This document shows, in pieces, positions 52,824-64,000 of a DNA stretch of 64,000 nt. Below the pieces are notes generated by a model. It had not been told where the DNA came from. It saw only the letters and a program-made list of their open reading frames with translations, and searched no databases. A program made the translations under genes and the position numbers. The stretch's first letter is position 1, and every line of letters begins with the position of its first letter. The DNA is from Squalus acanthias (lineage: Eukaryota): the NCBI GenBank assembly GCA_030390025.1, contig CM059433.1, forward strand, positions 20,772,001 to 20,836,000. Direction: 5' to 3'.

Positions 52824-54241
52824 GTCAGCCGCTGTCTGTGGAATGGGATCGAGTGTCAGCCGGTAACTGTGCAATGGGATCGAAAGTCAGCCGGTAACTG
52901 TGGAGTGGGATCGAGTGTCAGCCGGTAACTGTGGAGTGGGATCGAAAGTCAGCCGGTAACTGTGGAATAGAATCGGGAGTCATCCGGTAACTGTGGAGTG
53001 GGATCGAAAGTCAGCTGGTAACTGTGGAATGGGATCGAAAGTCAGCCGGTAACTGTGGAATGGGATCGAAAGTCAGCCGGTAACTGTGGAATAGGATCGG
53101 GAGTCAGCCGGTAACTGTGGAGTGGGATCGAAAGTCAGCTGGTAACTGTGGAATGGGATCGAAAGTCAGCCGGTAACTGTGGAATGGGATCGGGAGTCAG
53201 CCGGTAACTGTGGAATGGGATCGAGTGTCAGCCGGTAACTGTGGAATGGGATCGGGAGTCAGCCGGTAACTGTGGAATGGGATCGGTAGTCAGCCAGTAA
53301 TTGTGGAATGGGATCGAGTGTCAGCCGGTAACTGTGGAATGGGATCGGGAGTCAGCCAGTAATTGTGGAATGGGATCGAGTGTCAGCCGGTAACTGTGGA
53401 ATGGGATCGGGAGTCAGCCGGTAATTGTGGAATGGGATCGAAAGTCAGCCGGTAACTGTGGAGTGGGATCGGGAGTCAGCCGGTAATTGTGGAGTGGGAT
53501 CGGGAGTCAGCCGGTAATTGTGGAATGGGATCGAAAGTCAGCCGGTAACTGTGGAGTGGGATCGGGAGTCAGCCGGTAATTGTGGAATGGGATCGAAAGT
53601 CAGCCGGTAACTGTGGAATGGGATCGGGAGTCAGCCGGTAATTGTGGAATGGGATCGAAAGTCAGCTGGTAACTGTGGAATGGGATCGGGAGTCAGCCGG
53701 TAATTGTGGAGTGGGATCGAAAGTCAGCCGGTAACTGTGGAATGGGATCGAGTGTCAGCTGGTAACTGTGGAATGGGATCGAAAGTCAGCCGGTAACTGT
53801 GGAGTGGGATCGAAAGTCAGCCGGTAACTGTGGAATGGAATCGGGAGTCAGCCGGTAACTGTGGAATGGGATCAAGTGTCAGCTGGTAACTGTGGAGTGG
53901 GATCGAAAGTCAGCCGGTAACTGTGGAATGGGATCGAGTGTCAGCCGGTAACTGTGGAATGGGATCGAGTGTCAGCCGGTAACTGTGGAATGGGATCGAA
54001 AGTCAGCCGGTAACTGTGGAATGGGATCGAGTGTCAGCCGGTAACTGTGGAATGGGATCGAGTGTCAGCCGGTAACTGTGGAATGGGATCGGGAGTCAGC
54101 CAGTAACTGTGGAGTGGGATCGGGAGTCAGCCGGTAACTGTGGAATGGGATCGAGTGTCAGCCGGTAACTGTGGAATGGGATCGGGAGTCAGCCGGTAAC
54201 TGTGGAATGGGATCGGGAGTCAGCCGGTAACTGTGGAATGG
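52824..54241. repeat. Minisatellite, 31-bp unit gtcagccggtaactgtggaatgggatcgNNN, about 45-46 copies
   Basis: Period 31 (gtcag at 53041 and 53072); variants aaa/agt/gga/gta at the last three positions, plus gaat/gagt and aact/aatt. Confidence 0.97.
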
Positions 54242-55304
54242 TTCTTGGCAAAAGACAACAGCAGGTGAAGAGGGAAAATATTTTTACAGGAATGGGAGAC
54301 AAATCATACCCTTGGAGCAGTAGAAGGTCTTAATTAATCTACAGGTGACAAAGCCCACATGTCTTCTTGGGCTCTCTGTCACGAGTTAGCTATGCCAGCA
54401 TCACTGGATGGATCTCTTAATATATTCCACCGACCGATGATATTTATAATATTTATAGAAGATGACATTTTCATAATTTTCTTTAACTTTATGTACTGAA
54501 CTAAGTTGAAGCCTGCCACACCATAGTTCACAAGCTTATTAAACATCAAAATCTAATTACATCTTTTGATCAGATTTGAAATTTTCTTAAGAACTTAATC
54601 TTTGGCTAAGTCTTTTTCATCAGTATTTTCCAGTAAATGTGGAAGCATTTTGCTTCAAATGAGCACTTGGATTAACTTGGACATCTGCGATTCAGGTACT
54701 CCAAAGTAGGAATAAACCAGGCAGGTTTACACCTGAGGAAAGTTACCTCGGAATCAGAGGAACACTTAACACTAGCTGATGAGGCAATTGAATGGATCAG
54801 GACAGCGTAGGAGATGAATTTCTTAACCAAAGACTACCATTACAATGGGCAGTAAAAATTGAAAATGCTGCTCACTCACAAGGGACTGATGAAGGGCCTC
54901 TACCTAAAGCACGAAACAATCTATGTTCTTTACTGATACTGAGAGACCTGCTTTGTATTTACAGCATTTTCTGTTTGTCGTTCACATTTTCACCATGTGT
55001 CATAGTCTTTACCTAGATAATGGACAATTAGCTATCAGCCCACCATTCATTGCTAAGGCCGCTACAGAAAATGAATGTAGCAGGTGGACGGGAAGGGGGA
55101 GAAACAAAAAAGATAAATTGCCTGAATTTGAAGCGGTTTCTCTTTGTCAGTGAAAAGTACTAATAGTACTAAATACAGAGATGAGCAGAGATGTATATAG
55201 GATATCAAATTGGCTCCCTTAATAGTTGTGATGCCATTCTTTAAATTTACTGAATTACTGACATTTTTGTTTTATTTTTAATTTGTCTGAATTTGGATCA
55301 CTAG

Positions 55305-55712
55305 GTGTCAGTCTTGGCTCAGTGGTAGCACTCTCGCCTCTGAGTTGGAAGGTCATGGTTTCAAGTCTCACTCCAGAGTCTTGAGCACATAATCTAGGCT
55401 GACACTCCAGTGCAGCACTGAGGGAGCGCTGCACTGTCGAAGGTGCCGTCTTTCGGCTGAGATGTTAAACCGAGGCCCCATCTGCCCCCTCAGGTGGACA
55501 TAAAAGATCCCATGGCACTATTCGAAGAAGAGTAGGGGAGTTCTCTCCAGTGTCCTGTCCAACCTATAATCCCTCAATTAACGCCAAAAAAAGGTGATCT
55601 GGTCATGGATCCCACTGCTGTTTGTGGGAGCTTGCTGTGCGCAATTTAACGACTGCTTTTCCTACATTACAACAGTGACTACACTTCCAAAGTACTTAAT
55701 TGGCTGTAAAGT
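55305..55712 (+). mobile_element. Deu-domain tRNA-derived SINE
   Basis: gtgtcagtcttggctcagtggtagc head, ggtttcaagtc B-box-like motif, Deu core. Confidence 0.85.
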
Positions 55713-56034
55713 TGTGCCAGAGGATCGGGAGAAAGCTTCCCATATCCTTAATAAAAAGTGATTATAAAGTACTAACTTGTTTGTTCCACAGTTGCCCACT
55801 ACTTTGTACTTCCCAGCAATTGCATGCAGCAATTACAATATAAAAGGATTATTCTTGTCCATTATGAGCCAAATAGAATTAAACTGTGATATTGGGGGCT
55901 CTTCAACCACAACAAATAAATACAGGCATTTCACAAGATTTACTGCACAGTAGATGTGCATCACAGTTTTAAATTCATATGGATAGTACATCCTCATCAA
56001 TTTACTGCCGGTCTTATGTGATTAGCTCTTTGAT

Positions 56035-56465
56035 ACAAGAGCTGAATTTCATAGGTGAGAGTGAGTGCCCTTGATATCAAGGCAGTATTCGACCGGGTGT
56101 GGCACCAAGCAACTCTAGTAAAACTGAAGTCAATGGGAATCAGGGGGAAAACTCTCTACTGGCTGGAGTCATACCGAGCACAAAGGAAGATGGTTGTGGT
56201 TGTTGGAGGTCAATCATCTCAGCCTCAGGACATCAAGAGTTCTTCAGGGCAGCGTGCTAGGTCCAACCATCTTCAGCTGCTTCATCAATGACCTTCCCGC
56301 CATCATGAGGTCAGAAGTGGGGCTGTTCACTGATTATTGCAGTATTCAGCTCCACTTACAATTACTCAGATAATGAAGCAGCCTATGCCTGCTTGCAGCA
56401 AGACCTGGACTAGGGATGGGCAATAAATATCTAACTTGCCAGTGACGCCCATATCCTGAGAATTA
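56035..56465 (+). mobile_element. LINE family 2 RT fragment joined to its 3' tail by an internal deletion
   Basis: ORF 56055 ALDIKAVFDRVWHQ...LESY, then ...gacctggac|tagggatgggcaataaat. Confidence 0.75.
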
Positions 56466-56839
56466 ATTAAAAACATAATGGCCATTCTACCCCCTCAGAG
56501 TGGATTAGATTTTTCAATTCAAAATGACAAATAGCTGTGGGCCGTCCTGTCCCTTTATAGGTTAATTTATCAATTGCACCCTTACTAAATAATATTACTG
56601 CTAAGTCATGATGTAGAGTTGGGACCTAATATTTACAGAGTTGTACCTTTTATAAATTGAGCTGTTACAGAGAATCATGATGAACTTCAACACCTGTTTA
56701 TTTATTTTTTATACTTCTGATGGGTTTTCTGTGTATCATGTGGGTTGAACAGTAAATCCTGAGAGCTGAATTTACATCGTGGACACTATCATTAGCCAGG
56801 GTGCTTTCGATGTCATAGAGTCAGAGTCACAGAGTCATA

Positions 56840-57580
56840 GGGGTAAAAATTGGGTAGCGCCCCCTTTGCCGCGCTACCTTCGCCGGAGCGCTAATTTTAG
56901 CGCCCCGAAAAAGTTAGTGCACCCGCAGCCGATTTTCACAGATAGCGCCCCGAGAGAGAGGAGGGGCACTACTGGAAGCACCCCGCATCCCTCTTGGGGC
57001 GCTGCGAACCAATATCGTGGCGCTACGTGCCGCGGTACTGCAGGCCTTCCTCCCCTTATTAAAGGGGAGGGGCCTGGCGCAGCGCGTCCCGGCGCCCAGC
57101 TGGGCCACCAGGGATCGGGAGTGCCGGGAAACGAGCCCGGCACTCAAGAGGAGTGCCGGGCTCACGGAGAGCAGTTGGCACGCCACAGGGGGGGCTTCAT
57201 GGCGGCCAGGGACAGCAATGGGGGCAGGTGCTGGCAGGCGGCCAGCAACAAAAATGGCTGCCCGCCACCACCCCTTTAACTAGCGCCGCCCCGGCCACAG
57301 GTAGGCCCCCCTGACCCCGGCGGACATAACGTCTGGTGGTAAGTCGGGGGGGTGCCACCCAATATTACAGCCGGGGCGTGAGCGGGGCGCTGCACACGGC
57401 GATGACGTCTGCGCCGCGCGGTGCTTACGGTCGGTGCCGCCGCTAACCTCCCGCTGAATTTCGCGGGAGGCGTTAGCGGTGCCGCGCCCAGGCGCTAGTT
57501 GATTTGCGCCCCGTTAGCGCCCTCATTATCGCCCTCTTAGGGCGCTAACGGGAGGCGCAAATCAACCGAATTTAGCCCCC
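56840..57580 (-). mobile_element. GC-rich MITE copy 3 (related subfamily, inverted), inside a CR1 microsatellite tail
   Basis: TIRs GGGGTAAAAATT and AATTTAGCCCCC; flanks ATA/TTG within (catagagt)n. Confidence 0.88.
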
Positions 57581-60480
57581 TTGGAGTCATAACAGCACAG
57601 AAGGAGGCCATTCGGCTCATCGAGTCCATGCCGGCTCTCTGAAGAGCAATCCAGTCAGTCCCATTCCCCCGCTCTATCCCCGTAGCCCTGCAAGTTTATT
57701 TCCCTCAAGTGCCTATCCAGTCTCCCCTTGAAAACATTGAGTGTGTCCGCTTCCACCACTTCCGTCGGCAGCGAGTTCCAGGTCCTCACCACTCGCTGCG
57801 TAAAAAAGTTTTTCCTCACATCCCCCTTGTATCTCTTGCCCAAAAACTTAAATCTGTGTCCCCTAGTCCTTGTACCATGAACTAGCAGGAACAGCCTTTC
57901 CCCGTCTAGCCTATCCAAACCCGTCATAATCTTGTACACCTCTATTAAATCACCCCGCAGCCTTCTTTGCTCTAATGAAAACAAATCCAGCTTCTCCAAC
58001 CTGTCCTTGTAGCTAAGATCCCCCATCCCCAGAACCATTCTAGTAAATCTCCTCTGCACCCTCTCAAGTGCCTTCACAGCCTTCCTAAAGTGTGGTGACC
58101 AGAACTGGACGCAATACGCCAGTTGTGGACTAACCAGCACTTTATAAAGGTTCAGCATAACTTCTCTACTTTTGTACTCAATACCTCTATTTATGAAGCC
58201 CAAGATCCCATATGCTTTGCCAATCACTCTCTCAATATGTCCCGCCACCTTCAGGGACCTATACACATTAACTCCCAGGTCCCTCTGTCCCTGCACATTC
58301 TTTAAAACTGTGCCATTAAGTGTTTATTGCCTCTCCCTGTTCCTTCTGCCTAAATGCATAACCTCACACTTCTCTGTATTAAATTCCATCTGCCACTTGT
58401 CTGCCCATTCTGCTAGCCTTTCTATGTCCTGTTGCAGTCGATTGGTATCATCATCACTGTTTGCCACACCCCCAAGTTTGGTGTCATCGGCAAATTTAGA
58501 AATTCTACTCTGTATTCCAATATCCAGGTCATTTATATATATATATCAAAAAAAGCAGTGGGCCCAGCACTGACCCTTGGGGAACACCACTGTCTACCAT
58601 CCTCCAGTCTGAAAAACAGCCATTTACCACAACTCGCTGTTTTCTGTCCTTAAGCCAATTCCTTATCCAAGCTGCCACTGACCCACCTATTCCATGAGCC
58701 TCAATTTTGTTAACCAGCCTTCTATGTGGTACTTTGTGAAACGCCTTCCGAAAATCCATGTCGACAACATCCATTGCATTCACTTCATCAATCCTCCCTG
58801 TTATTTCATCAAAAAATTCATTTAGATTAGTCAAACACGATCTGCCTTTTACAAATCCGTGTTGGCTCTCCTTAATTAGCTTAAACCTCTCCAAGTGCCC
58901 GTTAATTTTTTCCTTGATTATTGTTTCTAAAACTTTACCCACCACAGTTACTATGATTGTCCTTCCACCCTTTCTTGAACAATGGTATCACATTTGCCAC
59001 TTTCCAATCCTCAGGCACCTCCACCGCATCTAGGGAAGATTGGAAAATTATGGCAAGCCCTTCCGCTATCTCCTCCCTCAATTCCCTTAGTAACATGGGA
59101 TGCAAGCCATCTGGACCAGGCAACTTATCCACTCTAAGCATACCCAGCCTTTCTAGTACATCCTGTCTATCAATTTTCACCCCTTCCATTGCTTCTACCT
59201 TTTCCACTTCTACTGCTTTTTTGTCATCATCCACCTCCTTAGTAAACACCGATACAAAGTACTCATTGAGTATTCTAGCCTTGCCCAGCGCCTCAAAGCA
59301 TATATCACCTTTTTTGTCCCTAATAGGCCCCACCCTGCCTCTTATTACCCGCTTACTGTTTACATGCTGGTAGAAGATTTTTGGGTTCCCTTTTATGTTA
59401 ACCGCCATTCTACTCTCATATTCTTTCTTTGCTAATCTTATTTTCATCTTCACTTCCCCTCTCAACTTATTGTATTTGGTCTGGTTCTTCCTTGAAGAAT
59501 TCACCTGACATTCATCATACACCCTCTTTTTTTGTTTCATCATCTTCTCTATCTCCCTCATCATCCAAGGAGCCCTTGCTTTGGTTCTCTTACCCTTCCC
59601 TCTTGTTGGAATGTACCTAGCCTGTACTTGGAACATCTCCTCCTTAAAGATCTCCCATTGTTCCGTTACAGTTTTTCCTGTCAGTCTTTGGTTCTTTTTA
59701 CTCTGACTAGATCCTTTTGGATCCCATTGAAGTTAGCCCTATTCCAGTTTAGAAGTTCCACTCTAGATTGTTCCTTGCTCCTCTCCATTGCTAATCTAAA
59801 TCTTATGATACGATGATCACTCGTATCCAAGTGTTCTCCCACAGACACTTGGTCGACGCGGCCCACCTCATTCCCCAGCACCAGATCAAGCAATGCCTCC
59901 TTCCTATTTCGGCCAAGAACATACTGGTCAAGGAAATTCTCCTGAACACATTTCAGAAATTCCTCCCCCTCCTTTCCCTTTATCTTAGCATTATCGCAAT
60001 CGATATTTGGGTAATTAAAGTCCCCCAATATCACCACTCTATAGCTCTTGCATATCTCTGCGATTTCCCTGCAGATTTGCTCCTCTACATCCCTCTCACT
60101 ATTTGGAGGCCTGTAGTATACCCCCAATAGCGTGATCGTACCCTTTTTGCTCCTCAACTCTAACCAAATGGATTCTGTCCTTGTCCCCTCAAGAACACTG
60201 CAATGTTTTCCTTAATCAGCACTGCCACCCCACCTCTCTTTTTTCCTTCTCTATTTTTTCTGAACACCTTGTACCCTTGAATATTAAGTGCCCAGTCCTC
60301 ACCATTTTTAAGCCACATTTCCATTATTGCCACAACATCATATTGCCACACGGCTAATTGTGCTTGTAGCTCACCAAACTTATTCACCACACTTTGTGCG
60401 TTTACGTACATGCATTCTAAACCCATTTTTGAATTTTTCGTAGTCTTTCTTAGTCTGCTCCTATCTAATATGGTGTGTCT
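57581..60480 (-). mobile_element. CR1 with nearly complete but disabled ORF2 (APE endonuclease and RT); tail extends to ~56812
   Basis: ORFs 60160..60426 (YVNAQSVVNK), 59681..60157 (GVYYRPP, GDFNYP, SDH), 58935..59636, 58529..58945 and 57655..58296. Confidence 0.93.
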
Positions 60481-61254
60481 TACTTCAGTTCTTTCATATA
60501 TTTGGACTCATTAATTCCTTCAAGCCTAACCCTCTGATGATATCATTAGTACTCAGTTTTTAAATATTTTTAAAAATGGTTAATTTTTAAAAGGTCTCCT
60601 GGTATTTAGCCTCACTCGCTAACATTGAGTGACTGTAAGTAAATTAATATTGGAACATTAGAACTTTAAAAAAAAATAGGAACAGCAAAAAGCCATTAGG
60701 CCGAACAAGCCTATCCCTTTTGCTCAATGAACCTCACTTACCCGCCTTCTCACTATGGGGCCTATTTCCCTTTCTGTGCAAATATTAGCAGCAGGACTAG
60801 ATGAGTTAAAAAGTAGTGCAATGTTGCTACTAACATTGCACTCGTCTGTCTTTAGCAATGCTCTGGAGATTTCTCCTGCTCCATAAACGGATTAACAAAT
60901 TTTCATAGAAAGTGAGAAAACAAATTGTTTTTACGGTCATGTTGTTGAGCTTTCAACAGCTGTCAAATTAAAACATGAGCCTTTTGCTCGAGATCAGACC
61001 ACGTGTTGATGGAGTGCAAAAAAAATCACCACAGCAAATTATGAAGTGAATAGTACAGAGAGGGTGTCTACCTGAGCGCATAGCTGTAGTTATCATTGGG
61101 AGAGACATTACAGTGGAGCAGGAAAATATGGCCCAGGAGTGTAGACAGCATAGGAAACATATAACTGGCAGCAAGTACTACCCCAAACAATGGGCGCACT
61201 GCAACAGAGTTAGTGACCTGGGCATGGTGGAATAGCAGTGAATGAGGACACTTG

Positions 61255-61500
61255 GGGGGTGATTTTGCCAATGGGGAGCTTTTGGAGGCAGGACTCCCAC
61301 TTGTTGGGTTTCAGTCCCGCCTCCAACAACTTCTGGCCAACCCACGCTATTTTCCCTTGATTGACCTTATTAAGCCCGCCCAGCGGGCTTAGCAGGCCAA
61401 TTAAGCAAAAGCCGGTTGCAGAGAACGTCAACATATGACGTTTCATCTGTCAAAAATTTTTGACAGATGGATTGTTATCGTTTGACAGCTCTGTGAAGCT
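61255..61500. mobile_element. Left part of the 16949-type MITE
   Basis: GGGGGTGATTTT end; colinear with 16949-17195. Confidence 0.75.
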
Positions 61501-62099
61501 GTGAAGGGTGTGATATCGGTGGGTGGCTACATAGCCAAGTACACAGCTGTAGGGGACACAGAAGGCTCTCTACCTGTAACTGTGACTAACCCCAGTGAAC
61601 CTGTGTCTACAATTAACCCTGACGAACCTGCACTAGTGCTATGGATCTTTGTTGTTGCCGTAGTGACTGCGTGCTCAGTGCTTTCAGAGGCAGTGCCGAC
61701 TGTCACTTGTGCGGTATTGTGGATTGGCACAGAACTGCCATTAACATGAGTTCCAGTTGGATGCCCCTATGCTACTCCACACATGCTACTTCTGGAGGAC
61801 ACCTCCTCACAATACTGTGACCTAACCTGTTCCTCCCTCATGCATGTCAGTAATGGTTTTCCAAGCATGTTGAAGCTAGTCACGAGTTCAATGGTAGATT
61901 GAAGTGCAGACAATTGTTCCATTGCATAACTCATGGGAGATAAGTGCATAGCTGCCTGCTTGATTTCTCCACACAACTCAGATTGCCTTCAAAGCTTATG
62001 AGCAAGGATAAAAGGTGCTATATAAATGCAACTCTCTTCTTTTCTTTCTTTTAGAATGTGTATCTGTGATCATGCCTGCTTCAAGAGGGGTAATGATTT

Positions 62100-63180
62100 T
62101 TTTTAAAGTACAAATTATAGAATGGAAGGAAAAAGCGAGATTAGAAAGATTTAAAGGAAGTATGAAAGAAGACTGCCAGTCAACATAAAGGGAAATAGCA
62201 AGGAAGTAAAAGGATAATCAACGAAGGGATGAAGTGGACCATCTTGTACTTGACAGGGAGGGACTGATGGAAATGCTCAATAAGTATTTCACAGAGGAAG
62301 GTGAAAGTGGTCTTTATGAGTGCCTAGGAGGATGTGGAAGAATCACTACTGGAATTAAATAATCAAAAGGGAATTATATTAAGATGTAAAAAACTTTCAC
62401 CAGGCCCAGATGGTATGCGTCCAAGAATACTGACGAAGGTTGGGGAGGAAATAGCAGAGACACTTACCATCATTTTCCAATGCTGCCCCCTGTTAAGAAA
62501 GAACAAAGATTTAAGACATAACATTATAGACCAATCAGTCTTATCCTAGTTATGGTTAAGCTTCTAGAATCCCCTATATGGAATTAAATGAGTTAACACT
62601 TAACAGAGGAAAGGGCTAATCGGAGATAGTCAGCATAAATTTTGTAACGGGAAAGTCGTGACTAAATTGATCGAATTTTTTGAGGAAATTATTGAACGTA
62701 TAGGTCAAGGGAATGAGTTGGATATTGTGTGTATGGATTTTCAGAAGGCATTTGTTGAGGTGATGCATAAGAGATTTATTCAGCAAATGAAGGGATTGTA
62801 GTTGATGAATAGAGAGATGGCTAGTGGACAGAGAGCAAGTGTAGAGCAAATTAATGTTTTTGGTTTGATGGGATGTGGGCAGTGGTGTGCTCAGGGATTT
62901 GTTTTCCGTTTATATAAATGAATTGGACATATGCACAGCAAAATGAGGTTTGCTAATGACACCAAATTAGGTGGCATGACAAACTGAGGAAGAATGCAGC
63001 AGATTATAGGAGGACATGGGCAGGTGAGAGAAGTGGGCAGAGATATGTGAAATAGAACATTTTAGGAAAAAGGATAGTGAAAGGAAGTATATTTGAAATG
63101 GTAAGATTTTTAACAGAGTAGAGGAACTAAGAGGTCTAGGAATACAGATTCATAGATCTTTTAAGGTGGGAGTGCAGATA
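62100..63180 (+). mobile_element. Old, degenerate CR1 ORF2 fragment
   Basis: SPGPDGMRPRIL (ORF 62334), tatggattttcagaaggcattt, tttgctaatgacaccaaa. Confidence 0.75.
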
Positions 63181-63640
63181 GAAAAGAAAGAAATAACTTG
63201 CATTTATGTAGTACCTTCACAACCTCAGGATGTCTTAAAGCGCTTCACAGTGAATGAAGTATTTTGAAGTGCAGTCACTGTAATGATATGGGGAAATGCA
63301 GCAGCCAATCTGCACACAGCAAGGTCCCACAAACAACTATGAGATTAATGACCGGATACTCTGTTTTAATGATGTTAGTTGAGAGATAAATATTGGCCAG
63401 GACACCAGGAGAACTCCTCTGATTTTCTTCTTATAGTACCGTGGGATCTTCTGCTTGTACCTGAGAGAGCAGACAGAGCTTTGGTTTAATGTCTCATCCA
63501 AAAGATTGCATCTCCAGCAGTCCAGCACTCCATCATTACTACACTGAAGAGTCAGCCTAGGTTATGTGCTCTGGAGTTGGGCTCGAAACCATGACTTTCT
63601 GACTCAACGGTGTGAGCGCTACCACTGATCCAAAGCTAAA
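63181..63640 (-). mobile_element. Deu-domain SINE
   Basis: aagaaagaaataacttgcattt tail through ctaccactgatccaaagct head. Confidence 0.8.
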
Positions 63641-64000
63641 ATCAATATGTAGAAGGAGCAGAAAGCGAGCACTTCTGTCATCTTGAATGCAGCGGTTCGA
63701 GAGGGGAGAGGGGGAGTGAAAGGAGCAATTTGGTCAGCAAATGGATTCCAAATGTGCTTCCTTCCATCCGCTTGCACTTTTCTCAATATTATCCAGTTGT
63801 AAACCCTATTTTTTACTCGCAGTAATTGTGGAATGCTAGAATTGATTTAAAGAACACCAACAATTGAGACGGTTCCCTGAAGGCTTGATGGATCATTGCA
63901 CCATATAGTGTGGCACTGAATTGTACAGAGAAAGGAAATGTCTTGGATTCAATCTCAAGTACTGGCTCCGTTAATCAATCTCAGGCAAGGCAGCAGTGGC

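Noticed and set aside
52824..54241. CRISPR-like array
   Set aside because: Head-to-tail units without unique spacers, no cas genes, eukaryotic context.
54886..54912. Hammerhead-like CTGATGA AGGG...CCT
   Set aside because: Lacks GAAA after stem II and has no convincing stems I or III.
57581..60480. Active autonomous LINE
   Set aside because: Several frameshifts and stops, a deletion near 58950, and no ORF1 seen.

Overview
Vertebrate intronic DNA, not prokaryotic. It is most likely a cartilaginous fish, inferred from the CR1, Deu-SINE, Penelope and Harbinger repeat spectrum. The only host coding sequence I can support is one 208-bp CUB-domain exon of a CSMD gene (closest to CSMD1; 10770-10977, + strand) ending in a non-canonical GC donor. 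The rest is intron filled with nested mobile elements: 5'-truncated CR1 LINEs, a second LINE family, tRNA-derived SINEs, Penelope-like terminal fragments with minimal hammerhead ribozymes, and two minisatellites. There are also at least a dozen PIF/Harbinger-type non-autonomous elements with degenerate 12-bp TIRs and 3-nt flanking duplications; one retains remnants of both Harbinger genes. The most unusual signal: two copies of a young GC-rich element are about 98.6% identical inside but differ at 6 of the last 22 nt of one end, and the target-site copy beside that end is also altered. This suggests end-restricted mutagenesis during transposition. Family names come from recalled sequence features; no database searches were run, and LINE/SINE boundaries are approximate.
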